Shown here piece after piece: positions 45,377 through 55,132 of a stretch of DNA of 64,000 nt (positions within the stretch are counted from its first letter, which is position 1; each line of letters starts with the position of its first letter). The DNA is from a virus: IMG/VR virus record IMGVR_UViG_3300034691_000037, positions 1 to 64,000 of that record; one strand, given 5' to 3'. The notes beneath the pieces are model-generated. The model searched no databases. It saw nothing but the letters and a program-made list of their open reading frames with translations, and had not been told where the DNA came from. A program made the translations under genes and the position numbers.

Positions 45377-45688
45377 TTAACGTTCGAGATGAACCGTGTG
45401 GGGCAGGTAGCCGAAACACGTTCCGATAGAGTTCTTATCCAGCTTGATATATTCCTCCCAAGCCAGTTCGATGCGCGCATTACTCAGATACACTATCTGA
45501 ACGTGGTCAGGTGAGATATGGCTGATCCCATACACCACGTACCCATGCTGACAAATGAGTTTAGTAAATGAACCCGCTACAGCGTGCGCAGGGACCTGAA
45601 CAACACCATGCTCGTTCGTGACCGAGTGGTGGTCAACAATCACGGGTTCGTACGCGATTGGAAGATCCGACCGTCTGAAGTTGATCAT
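45377..45688 (-). CDS. Hypothetical protein
   Basis: Coupled ORF. Confidence 0.7.
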   Translation of the reverse strand: MINFRRSDLPIAYEPVIVDHHSVTNEHGVVQVPAHAVAGSFTKLICQHGYVVYGISHISPDHVQIVYLSNARIELAWEEYIKLDKNSIGTCFGYLPHTVHLER

Positions 45689-46164
45689 TGCACCACCTTC
45701 CGTCGTTCGGCTTCTTCTTTCTCAAACTTCTTGCGGTTGTAATCGTTGAAGTCATCAATCGACATGAAGCAGCTTGGGATGGCGTGGACACACCGATGTC
45801 CCGCATCCTGAATTATCTGCGCACAGATCCCGCGTTTAACTTGCCGGGATGGGCCAACGACCAATACCACATAGGCCTTTGTGATTTCGTACAGGTTTCG
45901 GATAACGAAGACTACTCGTTTACCTTCCCACTCATCAAGAAATGCCCGGACGGCTCGCTTTTCTTCCTTGATATCCACGGCCTCAGACAGGAGTTCCTGC
46001 TCTCGCTGTATGCGACGCCAGTAGTTAAACTTACGGACGTGTCGGTCAATCTTTGCAACCTCCTTGGCTGGAAGTGCGTGCAGCTTACCGCGAGCAGCGT
46101 TGATCAACGATTCGTAATGCTCGGTCGACATTACAACCTGGTGGTGGTCTTTATTCTCTTTCAT
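45685..46164 (-). CDS. Hypothetical protein
   Basis: Coupled ORF. Confidence 0.7.
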   Translation of the reverse strand: MKENKDHHQVVMSTEHYESLINAARGKLHALPAKEVAKIDRHVRKFNYWRRIQREQELLSEAVDIKEEKRAVRAFLDEWEGKRVVFVIRNLYEITKAYVVLVVGPSRQVKRGICAQIIQDAGHRCVHAIPSCFMSIDDFNDYNRKKFEKEEAERRKVVQ

Positions 46165-46535
46165 GCTGCGGCGTCCTCTTCATCATCCTCTTTAACCTCT
46201 GCGTCACGAATACCAACGCCGACGTCTTTGGTGAGGAAGCTCTGCAGATCCTGGGAGATACGAGATGCCAGGATTTCAGGTTCACGCTTATCCGCGAAAT
46301 AGATCATGAGATCAGTCTTCAGGTACTTGCGCTTCTTGTTGTAAACTGCAATCAGCTTAAGATCAATGCCGATGCGTTCAAGCATCGAGATCCTTTCAGC
46401 CATCGGCAGACGACCTGCAACCGTTTCTTTCTTGCTGAAGAACCAGGTGTACAGGGCGAGGATGGCCGCAGCGTAATCCTTGTTTACCAGTTCGGCTTGG
46501 GCTTTTTCAAACATAGCTGTGTCACTTTTGCGCAT
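46161..46535 (-). CDS. Hypothetical protein
   Basis: GGAG RBS. Confidence 0.75.
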   Translation of the reverse strand: MRKSDTAMFEKAQAELVNKDYAAAILALYTWFFSKKETVAGRLPMAERISMLERIGIDLKLIAVYNKKRKYLKTDLMIYFADKREPEILASRISQDLQSFLTKDVGVGIRDAEVKEDDEEDAAA

Positions 46536-46556
46536 GATAAATCTCCAGGGCGTGTG

Positions 46557-46781
46557 TTATTTAGAGGCGTCTGACTTAGCACGCATCCAGCAAAGTCGGT
46601 AGGTGGAATCGAGGTGGTCTTGACCATGACCTTTAGCGCGTTCGAACTCAACACACTTATCCATGCTGGCCACAACCGTATTGCCGACATCCCGCTGATG
46701 AATCCAGTGGGGCGTCACGATTGTTACGAATACAACAAAGAGGATGAGTAAGATAACTGATCCCCATGCACGAGCTGACAT
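46557..46781 (-). CDS. Small membrane-anchored protein
   Basis: N-terminal TM; two Cys. Confidence 0.7.
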   Translation of the reverse strand: MSARAWGSVILLILFVVFVTIVTPHWIHQRDVGNTVVASMDKCVEFERAKGHGQDHLDSTYRLCWMRAKSDASK

Positions 46782-47218
46782 TACTTCTCCTTTACTTGAA
46801 CCAGTTTTGTCTTTACTCGGTCTAGCTGGGCGATGAGCAATTGACGGAAGACCAGCACGTTATAACCGACCATGTCAGTCCTTAGATCACCATGGGGTTT
46901 AAGCGTATACCCCAGATGCTCAACCATGAACTTTGCTACTGCTGCGGAACGGCTGATACCTGCTTCGCAGTGAATGACGATATCCTTATCACCTTGATCT
47001 TCGAGCCACACCAGCACCTTCAGCGCCTTCAGATAGTCGAACATGACGTAAGAGTTATCAATCAGCTCTTCGACATCATCAATCTCCAAGCGATGCCGAC
47101 CTGGGTGGCTTTTTGCAAACTCGTCTTCCTGATTGGGATCGCCAATGCTGAGCAGGGAATACTCACCAGTGAGCTGACCAACAAACACACGAGGGATATA
47201 CGTTACAGACGGCATCAT
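46781..47218 (-). CDS. Cys-dependent dual-specificity / PTP-like phosphatase
   Basis: IVIHCEAGISRSAAVA (HCx5R). Confidence 0.9.
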   Translation of the reverse strand: MMPSVTYIPRVFVGQLTGEYSLLSIGDPNQEDEFAKSHPGRHRLEIDDVEELIDNSYVMFDYLKALKVLVWLEDQGDKDIVIHCEAGISRSAAVAKFMVEHLGYTLKPHGDLRTDMVGYNVLVFRQLLIAQLDRVKTKLVQVKEK

Positions 47219-47223
47219 GCCTC

Positions 47224-47553
47224 CTAGAAATTAGAAATCGCATCAACCTTAGCGGTCAGCTCTTTAATGTACTGTGCTAAAGTTATCCACGAGGATGAGG
47301 GTTCGTGGGTGGTTCCAACAGCGCCATAGAAAGTCACAATGGCTGGGTAGATGCGTTTAGCTTCACCATCAATACCCCGCCAGTCTTCCTCATCCAATCT
47401 ATTGATACAGCCGTTGTTCGTAAACGCCTGTTCTGCCGCGGCTTTAAAACTTGCTTCGTTTGCCACCAGATACATGCGGCGTTCGAGGTGTCGAAACTTT
47501 ACTTCCAAGGTCAAGTCCCTTCTTACGGCGGTTGGTATTAGACATGCGTGCAT
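47224..47553 (-). CDS. Hypothetical protein (start uncertain, possibly 47475)
   Basis: Overlaps upstream ORF if the long start is used. Confidence 0.55.
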   Translation of the reverse strand: MHACLIPTAVRRDLTLEVKFRHLERRMYLVANEASFKAAAEQAFTNNGCINRLDEEDWRGIDGEAKRIYPAIVTFYGAVGTTHEPSSSWITLAQYIKELTAKVDAISNF

Positions 47554-47845
47554 GAGGCATGTAACCGGCTACTTGAAAATATTTGTTCTTCAAATAACCC
47601 AAGGGTTTTAGTCCCTCGCTGGCCATGATCAGAGTACCGGCTTTTGTATTAAGCGTGCCCATCAGAGTACCAGCCGCAAACTTGTTATCGACAGTAACGA
47701 GCAGAAGTTTCTCAGACCCTTCGCCAGTGGTCGTTGTTTTGATACCGCTGTTAATGATTCGAATACTGCGGGCGATCTTTTTACCGCCTTTCAGCTGCTT
47801 GTAGCGAACGAAGACAATTGATTCAATGGAAACTGCAGTATCCAT
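47444..47845 (-). CDS. Basic hypothetical protein
   Basis: GAGGA RBS. Confidence 0.65.
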   Translation of the reverse strand: MDTAVSIESIVFVRYKQLKGGKKIARSIRIINSGIKTTTTGEGSEKLLLVTVDNKFAAGTLMGTLNTKAGTLIMASEGLKPLGYLKNKYFQVAGYMPHARMSNTNRRKKGLDLGSKVSTPRTPHVSGGKRSKF

Positions 47846-47847
47846 GA

Positions 47848-48270
47848 CTATTCCTCAATCATTTCAGGGTCTAGGCAATGCAGCGTACCGCGACCAATGT
47901 GGTCCAGGCAATGCGTCTCGATGGTTACGAAATAGCAGGACTCCTGTCCGATCTTGATCTTACCTGTGGCCTTGTTACGAGACATCTTGACGGCAGCATT
48001 AATGCTTGCTGTCATTGAACCTTCGAAGTGCTCGGGCTTTTCGCACTCTACATCGATGAAGATCTGCTTGACGCCCTCTTCCTGAACAATGCCATAGTTC
48101 AGGATCGTGCCGACACGTTTAGGATGGGTTTCCATCGAGTGTTCTTGTTCAGCAATGAACGCATAGATACCCACCCAGCCTGTAGCGCGAAGCTTTGACA
48201 CAATCTCTTCAACCGGACGGGCTGTGGGAACATCGCCTTTGATGTGAGGACTGAGTAGAAAACGCTTCAT
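47848..48270 (-). CDS. Hypothetical protein
   Basis: GAGGA RBS. Confidence 0.7.
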   Translation of the reverse strand: MKRFLLSPHIKGDVPTARPVEEIVSKLRATGWVGIYAFIAEQEHSMETHPKRVGTILNYGIVQEEGVKQIFIDVECEKPEHFEGSMTASINAAVKMSRNKATGKIKIGQESCYFVTIETHCLDHIGRGTLHCLDPEMIEE

Positions 48271-48281
48271 GAAGATTTCCT

Positions 48282-48653
48282 CTATCGTTTAAGAATAAGT
48301 TTCAGACCCAAGTCGGTAACAAACCCGATATTGTCATGAACGATAGGAAGATCCTTTTCGTAGAACAGAACCCCTCCGCAGTTGGCCTCAAGCAGACGGT
48401 GGAAATCGGTTGTCTTTTCCCACTTATCTTTAATCTGCTCATTGATATCGGTATCTACACCGTGACCCCAAACGGTTCCTTGAGCGTTCCGGCCATTTCG
48501 AGCCCTGAGGTTACTAAGGATATACTCTGGGATGGTATTCCCGCCTGGTACGCGAGAACACTGCATTGACCGACCGTTTATGTACTTCTCGACCGACTCC
48601 ATGTTGCTTTCGCAATCGCCCTGAGTGGTCCACCAGATATAAAGCTTGGGCAT
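48282..48653 (-). CDS. Hypothetical protein
   Basis: AAGGA RBS. Confidence 0.7.
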   Translation of the reverse strand: MPKLYIWWTTQGDCESNMESVEKYINGRSMQCSRVPGGNTIPEYILSNLRARNGRNAQGTVWGHGVDTDINEQIKDKWEKTTDFHRLLEANCGGVLFYEKDLPIVHDNIGFVTDLGLKLILKR

Positions 48654-48697
48654 ACATCTTTCCTTAATAGGGGGCCTCGTCCTTGAGGCACTGATCG

Positions 48698-50920
48698 TTA
48701 ACGGGCGATTGGCATCACCTTTGTGTTCGGTACAGGATCATAACCCGTAATAGCAAAGTCATCGATCGTGAAGTCATCGATGCTGGACACTTTGCGGGTA
48801 ATGTGCAGTTGTGGATTATCATTTTGATAGTCGGTGTAGATAACCTCGTCGACCAGGGCGGTTTGTGAATTGTAGATGTGGGAGTCGACCCCCATGATGA
48901 ACATCTCACGGGCCTCCATACCGACCACTTCAGCCACCATGCGGGTCAGCACAGCGTACTGAGGCGTGTTGAAAACGCCGCCAGCTGGCACATCCCAGCT
49001 GCGTAGTACCACAGCAATGCTGAGCCAACGTGTAGGAACGCCTTTGATGACAGCAAACTCTTGAGCCCACTTCAGGTAAAGCGCATCATTAGAGTCTTCC
49101 TCGGACGTCGCTAAAGCGACGTCTTTGAAGTGCCCGATGTACTCGCCAGTCAGATCGAGCTTGGCAAAGTCTTCCTCAAAGTCGCGAAGGTCTTTCTCGT
49201 GGCTGATGAACTGGAAGTACAGGTGGCACGGCTCAAGTGCTGCTTGCCAGTTTGTGCCTGGGTTGCAGGAGGTCACGTAGATCCGCCGGCTATCAGGATC
49301 TTTCTTAAGCATGTCGATAGCGTTCTGCAGCTGATCGATTTCTCGATGTACTACAATGGAGCCACAGTGAGCATTCACCATGTACTCGTTGTCAGGACTA
49401 CCTGGAGATACATCAGTTACGTGAACGTAACCCTGCTTTTCAAACTGCGGCCATTCGTCCCGATGAATCAGTTGCGTATCTTGGTAACGTCGCCATTGCG
49501 GGCCGTAAGCACCCTTACCAATATCTGCGTCAATCAACTTGTACTGACTGATACCCAGCTCTGTCAGCGTGATACCCAGGCAGGCTGCTACGATGCTGCG
49601 GATATCGACCTTCTGGAACTTATCGTCTTTGAAGATCTCAATCTTGACAAGTTCCCCCGCTTCCAGGATAGACTTACCTGTAGCGTTCTCCGCAAGGTTT
49701 TCCCACGGTTCATCGATCACTGCGTTGATCTTGTCCCACTTTTCTTTGTCGTTCTTGGAGACACGGTTCAGACGAGTCTGGAGAGATACGGGCTTCACCG
49801 CAGGGTGTGTGATTTCAGAAGGAACGTTGTGCTTTGTCAGCCAGTCACTGATCTGGTCAACTTCGGATTGGAACAAGTCCCAAGGTCCGGTAATTGACGG
49901 ACAGAGTTCCACGTTCAACTCAGCATAAGTGTTACTGGCCGTATCGCGAACCAAACCTTCTTTAAAATCGCAGAACTCGTACAGCTTCCGTTCCAGACCT
50001 TGTGCATGGGCCTTTTTGATACGGTCAAGGAAGCCGATAATCGTTGGTTTCGGCACTTCAGTTGTAGGTATGCCGATAGTGGTTAGTACTTTACCGATAC
50101 CTACTTCTTTAGTACCAGAAATAGCTACGGTTTCAATCTGGCCGTTTTGAACAACTTTGATTAACGTAGGTTCATCACCTGTGTTAACTTTGTTGTACAA
50201 GACCGAAAACGCAATCCCGTTAACTAAACCCCAATGTTCAACATTGTCTTTAGGGATAAGGTCCAAACGTTCTTGTAAGGTGAGGGTTCTTCCGCCGGCC
50301 TTTTGGTTGATATAGCCACAGCCCAGATCTTTGATAATCCAGCAACCAAGCAGCAGTGCTTGGAAGCGAGTCATGGTGACCTTCAATGAGCCGTTCTTTA
50401 CATTGATGTTGACATCCTGAGGGTCAACCGGATAGTCTTTACCGGAGAACTCTAAATCAATGATCGGTTGCCATTCGCACTTTGGAATCCCCGAAAGGAT
50501 AAGGGCGCTTTGCAGCTCATCGAAAGAAGGCCTGGCCGGAATGGATTGAAACAGCGTTGTGAACGGCAAGACACCATGGGCATCGACGTACATGTCGGCC
50601 AGTTCATCGATGTTGTACGGTACAGGTTCTTCGTACTTGTCAGTGCCCGGAATGAACCAGCTGTCCCAGATGCCGACGTTGTTATCTTTCAGGTACTTGA
50701 TGCTGGAACTGCCCGACACGAACCAGAGCATCTCGTGGATGAACTTCTCTGGGCGGATAACGCGCAGCGATGTGATCGGCAGACGGTTATTGCGCAGGTC
50801 ATGACGCATCCAACCCGCCAGCGCTGAGAGGGTACCCACGCCGGTACGATCGCCTTTGTCCAGGCCGTGTTGGTTAATGAAGCGATAAATGTCTTTGTAC
50901 TGACTATCAATTGCTCGCAT
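48698..50920 (-). CDS. thyA: Thymidylate synthase with about 370-aa internal insertion
   Basis: DRTGVGT, EMLWFVSG, IWDSW, YGPQWR, DPDSRR, ALEPCH, RSWDVPAGGVFN, DSHIY. Confidence 0.92.
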   Translation of the reverse strand: MRAIDSQYKDIYRFINQHGLDKGDRTGVGTLSALAGWMRHDLRNNRLPITSLRVIRPEKFIHEMLWFVSGSSSIKYLKDNNVGIWDSWFIPGTDKYEEPVPYNIDELADMYVDAHGVLPFTTLFQSIPARPSFDELQSALILSGIPKCEWQPIIDLEFSGKDYPVDPQDVNINVKNGSLKVTMTRFQALLLGCWIIKDLGCGYINQKAGGRTLTLQERLDLIPKDNVEHWGLVNGIAFSVLYNKVNTGDEPTLIKVVQNGQIETVAISGTKEVGIGKVLTTIGIPTTEVPKPTIIGFLDRIKKAHAQGLERKLYEFCDFKEGLVRDTASNTYAELNVELCPSITGPWDLFQSEVDQISDWLTKHNVPSEITHPAVKPVSLQTRLNRVSKNDKEKWDKINAVIDEPWENLAENATGKSILEAGELVKIEIFKDDKFQKVDIRSIVAACLGITLTELGISQYKLIDADIGKGAYGPQWRRYQDTQLIHRDEWPQFEKQGYVHVTDVSPGSPDNEYMVNAHCGSIVVHREIDQLQNAIDMLKKDPDSRRIYVTSCNPGTNWQAALEPCHLYFQFISHEKDLRDFEEDFAKLDLTGEYIGHFKDVALATSEEDSNDALYLKWAQEFAVIKGVPTRWLSIAVVLRSWDVPAGGVFNTPQYAVLTRMVAEVVGMEAREMFIMGVDSHIYNSQTALVDEVIYTDYQNDNPQLHITRKVSSIDDFTIDDFAITGYDPVPNTKVMPIAR

Positions 50921-51152
50921 TTCTACGTTCCTTAAATTTGCGCCAAGGGGCTGCGTTGAAGAGTCGGCGTACGCCGTATGTCCGAACCATGCCAACGGCG
51001 GCAAAGATCACTACCATGGAAAGGTTATCGTGAAACTGGACGTTTATGCCGTACCAAGGAAATATCACGAGTTGTGTAAGGACGCCTACAGCAAGACCAA
51101 TCACGGTACCGGCTACCGTTTCTATTAATGACGCAACTTTAGTCTGTTGCAT
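50907..51152 (-). CDS. Small 2-TM membrane protein
   Basis: MQQTKVASLIET...RTYGVRRLFN; coupled to thyA. Confidence 0.75.
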   Translation of the reverse strand: MQQTKVASLIETVAGTVIGLAVGVLTQLVIFPWYGINVQFHDNLSMVVIFAAVGMVRTYGVRRLFNAAPWRKFKERRNASN

Positions 51153-51202
51153 ATCTATCCTCTAAAGGGCAAAAAGCACGAGCCGAAGCCCGTGCCTTAT
51201 TG

Positions 51203-51892
51203 TTAAACCTGGGCGGAGATAGCACCGCTACGAAGGTCAGCCGTTGTCAACCCGGCGAGGATGATAGCCGACCAGCTTTCGAAGTTATAACCGGTGTCGG
51301 AGATGGCATCGACATCAACCCAATGAGGATTGAGGATTTGATTTTCGTTCGATGTGGCTGTGCACTCGGCACTAACGAACAAGATGCCGAACAGGCCGAG
51401 ATGGTAACGACCTACATCGTTACTTGGATCATAAATCAACCCAAGGAAGCGAAGCTGTGAAGGGGTTTCAGAAAGAGTTACTTCTTCACTGTTCTCGCGT
51501 TTCGCGCCAGCAACGGCGGTCGCGTATAAGTTCAATGAGTCATTGCTGTTGTAAACCACATCAGCGCGATCTGGATGACCGCCGATGCCGATGGAATGGT
51601 TTTCGGACAGGCGGGACTCTCCATTACCCTTTTTAGGTCGCTGATAAACGAGGAACTCAAACCGCTTGGCTTCGCCGCCGATGTGCGTTACGCGAACAAC
51701 CGCGTTGTAGTTGATTGGATGCAACTTGGTACGGTCGTTTTCCAGCAACTCACGCTCCTGGACCGAACCGAACCGAGATACGTCTTTAAGAAACTGACGC
51801 ACATCCATTTCGATCAGACCTTCGGCGTTAGCAGGCAGTCGATAGAACACTTCGGCTTTGTCGATTGCGATTGTAACTTCAGGCTTTGCCAT
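51203..51892 (-). CDS. NUDIX-like phosphoesterase (COG4112-type)
   Basis: YQR....GESRL...SIGIGGH, KRENSEEV, NDVGRYHLG, FESWS. Confidence 0.85.
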   Translation of the reverse strand: MAKPEVTIAIDKAEVFYRLPANAEGLIEMDVRQFLKDVSRFGSVQERELLENDRTKLHPINYNAVVRVTHIGGEAKRFEFLVYQRPKKGNGESRLSENHSIGIGGHPDRADVVYNSNDSLNLYATAVAGAKRENSEEVTLSETPSQLRFLGLIYDPSNDVGRYHLGLFGILFVSAECTATSNENQILNPHWVDVDAISDTGYNFESWSAIILAGLTTADLRSGAISAQV

Positions 51893-51926
51893 TAAAGGAC
51901 TCCGGGATGTTTATTAAGTAAGTTGA

Positions 51927-52595
51927 TTAATTGAGAACCAGTGGTTTGATCAAAGGCCCGTGTTTACGATCCCACGCTCTTGCCACTTCTTCACAGATCT
52001 TTTCATTGATGACGTCGATTGACTGATCGGCATCGATGATGACGTAAGTGGTCGGAGAGTTAGGTTGATGTGCCAGTTTCACGAAGTGTTGCTGAGCGGC
52101 AATGTAGTAATCACGCCCCTTTCCTTCCATCCGGCAGCTTTCACCACGTTCACCAGCCCGAGCAAACGCCTTATCGATGTCCATTACAAACACAAACGTC
52201 AAATCAGGTTCGGTATCACCAACCACGGTTTTACGAAGTGTTTGAAGAAACGCCTGATCCAATTTACCGCCGGCCATCTGGTAAGCTTCTGTGGAGTCAG
52301 CGAAACGGTCACAGAGAACAATCTTATTCTCAGCCAAATGGGGACGGATAACGTTTGTCAGATGAAGTTCACGGGCCGTGTAAAACAACATAGCTTCAGC
52401 CACCGTGGAGATGGTTTCATCTTTGTGGTACTTTATAATGTCACGCAACTGCATTGCCAGCTGAGTACCACCTGGTTCAAAGGTACGAGTAACTTCAAGA
52501 GTTCCCTTCTCGTAGCGATCGGCGGTCATCTCCCGCTGAGTAGTCTTGCCGGTGCCGTCAATACCCTCGAATGCTACAAACAGACCTTTATGCAT
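51927..52595 (-). CDS. tmk: Thymidylate kinase
   Basis: FEGIDGTGKTTQ, TFEPGGT, LCDRFADSTEAYQ, PDLTF. Confidence 0.95.
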   Translation of the reverse strand: MHKGLFVAFEGIDGTGKTTQREMTADRYEKGTLEVTRTFEPGGTQLAMQLRDIIKYHKDETISTVAEAMLFYTARELHLTNVIRPHLAENKIVLCDRFADSTEAYQMAGGKLDQAFLQTLRKTVVGDTEPDLTFVFVMDIDKAFARAGERGESCRMEGKGRDYYIAAQQHFVKLAHQPNSPTTYVIIDADQSIDVINEKICEEVARAWDRKHGPLIKPLVLN

Positions 52596-52656
52596 GCTAC
52601 GTACCCCTGCCGATAGATTTTGTTATACGATCGGCAGCGTTATTAACAAGTTACCA

Positions 52657-53064
52657 TTACGTGCAAACGAAAGGCTGGAGATGGCTAATTGGGGCGCTGG
52701 GTTTATTGCCATCGAGCAGATCCAAGTCTACCCAAATGGTACCATCATCAGCCTGATCGAAGTCAAGGATAACACCCACCTTCTTAATATCGAGACGGTA
52801 GCAGACCAGCATGCCAGTGCGTGGCGTCCAGGCGTCGACCACCGGCATTGACTGACCGGACTCTACGTCAATATTGATCGCTGGGTTGTTTTTCTTTTGA
52901 TCTTCCATGATGCTTGCTTCAAGCCGCGCAATCATTTCAGAGTTCATGCTACGGTGACTCCCGCGCGCGCATTCAGCAAGTACCTCACGCATACCGTCTG
53001 GCAGACGCAATACAAACTTATCAGCGGTGCGGGAAGAATAGATAACTTTATGATTCGGACGCAT
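52657..53064 (-). CDS. AmrZ(AlgZ)-like ribbon-helix-helix regulator with unrelated C-terminal domain
   Basis: [19 protein letters not shown]...[13 protein letters not shown]; AAGGA RBS; promoter motif upstream. Confidence 0.88.
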   Translation of the reverse strand: MRPNHKVIYSSRTADKFVLRLPDGMREVLAECARGSHRSMNSEMIARLEASIMEDQKKNNPAINIDVESGQSMPVVDAWTPRTGMLVCYRLDIKKVGVILDFDQADDGTIWVDLDLLDGNKPSAPISHLQPFVCT

Positions 53065-53100
53065 TGTAGAGTTCCTTGTGATGTGATATAAGTCAGTTGG

Positions 53101-53116
53101 ATAATGTATTACTGTA
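53101..53116 (-). promoter_or_regulatory. Putative phage early promoter
   Basis: TACAGTAATACATTAT. Confidence 0.65.
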
Positions 53117-53129
53117 CAACACTTGACAG

Positions 53130-53164
53130 CATAGAGCCAGCTCCATTGCGGAGCTGGCTCTATG
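53130..53164. terminator. CATA/TATG-closed hairpin
   Basis: 15-bp stem catagagccagctcc/ggagctggctctatg. Confidence 0.75.
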
Positions 53165-53167
53165 TGT

Positions 53168-53443
53168 TTATTTGACTTCAGGCAGCTGCGAGACCATCGC
53201 TTTAGACACAACGACAGCAGGTATAGTTTTATCCCCAGCTTGAATTGCCTTCACAACTCTGTGAAACCCGTCCATTGTGACAAACTTACCCGGCTCGTAT
53301 TCTGTAACAACAACCGGGATAGATTTATCGGAGCGATCCACGCGCGCCTGGTCTATCTTTTCATCCTTTAACATCCACTTGAGTTTTGATAATTCAAATG
53401 GGTGCGATTTAGCTCTAGCTGTCATGTACAAAAGGTCGTCCAC
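53168..53443 (-). CDS. ParB/Srx N-terminal-like domain protein
   Basis: PVVV......[13 protein letters not shown]...G..TIPAVV. Confidence 0.75.
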   Translation of the reverse strand: MDDLLYMTARAKSHPFELSKLKWMLKDEKIDQARVDRSDKSIPVVVTEYEPGKFVTMDGFHRVVKAIQAGDKTIPAVVVSKAMVSQLPEVK

Positions 53444-53523
53444 TCTATAGACCTTTCCCTGATGCCTGAACGTACTATCACTTCCTTCTTTGTAGGGTCC
53501 TTTACTTTCCTTAGCGTAGGACC

Positions 53524-54519
53524 CTACATCTTTACCGATTTGTTAATCAGTTCTTCGCAACCATTACGGATCTTGGCTACGATGCCATTGAGCTCATCTT
53601 CGTATTCGTATTCGTAGAAGTCGCCGGCGCATGGGAAGAGGTTCAGCATATCTCCCCAGATGTGATCATCATCCGGGTACTTGTTCGACCACCATTTGGT
53701 TTCATCCGTGTCGTCTAACGTCCACAACAAATCGTTATCTTCATCATCTGTAAAAGTATCGCTATCCACGCGAAACAGATGAGGGAGTAATGAAAGGACT
53801 TTTTTAACTTGGCCTTTAGTAAGCGCATTCATGTAATGCGGGCTTTGACCTAAGCCATCGACTGCAAACTTATACCCATGTTCGAGTTTGGTCGTGCCGA
53901 TAGCCAAGATGAATTTAGGTGGTGAGATTGCATCCAGTTTACGCTTAGCCGTGGCTGTAGCTTTGACCGCATAGTCGAGCGCGGCCTTTGGCTCCAGTGT
54001 TTCGCATTTCTTGTAGATCGTGTGCATTTCACCCGCGTAACTCGCGCGTGCTTTAAAGAACTGTTGCGCGTAGTTGGTGATTTGTGAAACACCGTTTTCA
54101 AGATCGCTCAACCAAGTGCGTTCATTAAAATGACGCAGCAGCAAATGGTTGTTAATGTTCGGAGTATCGATCTTACCTTCCTTTAATACGATCTCATCCA
54201 GAAGGTGTGCATCCTTAAACAGCTTCTTGACGTAGTTGAGTTCGACTTGCTGTGGCGTGCCTTTGATTGACGCATCAGACCCAAAGAACTTACCGAAGAA
54301 AGAGCTCAGGCTTTCCATGGATTCAGTGTGTTCTTTCTTTTTCTTTTCAAATTTATCAGGCAGGTGGTAAAACCACTTCGGGTCTTCCTTCTTCTTTTTC
54401 TCGTCAGCTTCGTGCCATTCTTTAGCAACCTTCTGATCGATCCCCTTCTTCTTTGCAAAGTCCGCATTCATAGCGGCAAACATCATGAGCTTATATTGCT
54501 TAATGCTGGAACTGGGCAT
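53524..54519 (-). CDS. Putative virion protein with SME maturation site
   Basis: ESMESLSSFFGKFFG; N-terminal MPSSS..QYKLM..AA...FAKK.GI module. Confidence 0.65.
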   Translation of the reverse strand: MPSSSIKQYKLMMFAAMNADFAKKKGIDQKVAKEWHEADEKKKKEDPKWFYHLPDKFEKKKKEHTESMESLSSFFGKFFGSDASIKGTPQQVELNYVKKLFKDAHLLDEIVLKEGKIDTPNINNHLLLRHFNERTWLSDLENGVSQITNYAQQFFKARASYAGEMHTIYKKCETLEPKAALDYAVKATATAKRKLDAISPPKFILAIGTTKLEHGYKFAVDGLGQSPHYMNALTKGQVKKVLSLLPHLFRVDSDTFTDDEDNDLLWTLDDTDETKWWSNKYPDDDHIWGDMLNLFPCAGDFYEYEYEDELNGIVAKIRNGCEELINKSVKM

Positions 54520-54586
54520 ATCGCTGTCCTTAAACAAAAAAAAGAAGGGGAGATGTGTGGGGACCCGGAGGTCCCCGTGCATCTTA

Positions 54587-54970
54587 TTACTTGGAAAAGT
54601 ATTGCATGGCTGTGAAGCCGAAGTATTTGTAGTTTTTGTACTCCGTACCGTTACCGAAATGCACAGCCAGTTGTACGACCCAGCTGATGACCCAGGTGAC
54701 GAAGAACAGAGCGGTGTAGCCAGGTACTGTGAAGATCCAGGCGAACAGGATCAGACTCAGAATGACGAACACATTCCAGAGCGCGGTTTCGCGGTTCAGG
54801 CCGCCGACAGTGAAAGTCAGGGAAGCGCAAACTTCCATGATGGCGTCGGTTGGCTTCATGCCTTTCTTAACGAAGTAGTACGCGCTGACGATGAACAGGG
54901 CGTACATGGCAAGGGACATTGCAACGAGGATGGTATCGAAAGTAGTCATTTGTGTGTCCTCCTGGGACAT
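54587..54970 (-). CDS. Multi-TM membrane protein
   Basis: Three to four hydrophobic segments; likely start MTTFD after GGAGG. Confidence 0.75.
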   Translation of the reverse strand: MSQEDTQMTTFDTILVAMSLAMYALFIVSAYYFVKKGMKPTDAIMEVCASLTFTVGGLNRETALWNVFVILSLILFAWIFTVPGYTALFFVTWVISWVVQLAVHFGNGTEYKNYKYFGFTAMQYFSK

Positions 54971-55009
54971 GTATACATTAGATCAAAAGGGTTGGGGTAT
55001 TGCGGGGTG

Positions 55010-55132
55010 TTACTTCGTCAGCTTCTCGATGCCTTTATTCACCAAGTCGCGTTCACGAACCTGATCGAGGATGATGAAGGTTACAACGAGCACGGTGACG
55101 GATACTGCGATACGGCCAATTACGTTCAACAT
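55010..55132 (-). CDS. 40-aa single-TM peptide
   Basis: MLNVIGRIAVSVTVLVVTFIILDQVRERDLVNKGIEKLTK; AGGAG RBS; promoter motif upstream. Confidence 0.7.
   Translation of the reverse strand: MLNVIGRIAVSVTVLVVTFIILDQVRERDLVNKGIEKLTK

Noticed and set aside
47444-47845. Eighth RKK-family member (NRRKK near the C-terminus)
   Set aside because: The motif is internal in a basic tail, lacks the DGG and DPD elements, and lies 3 kb from the array.
49532-50650. Intein or intron in thyA
   Set aside because: No Cys/Ser start with His-Asn end, no LAGLIDADG motif, the frame is open throughout, and the insert is internally repetitive.
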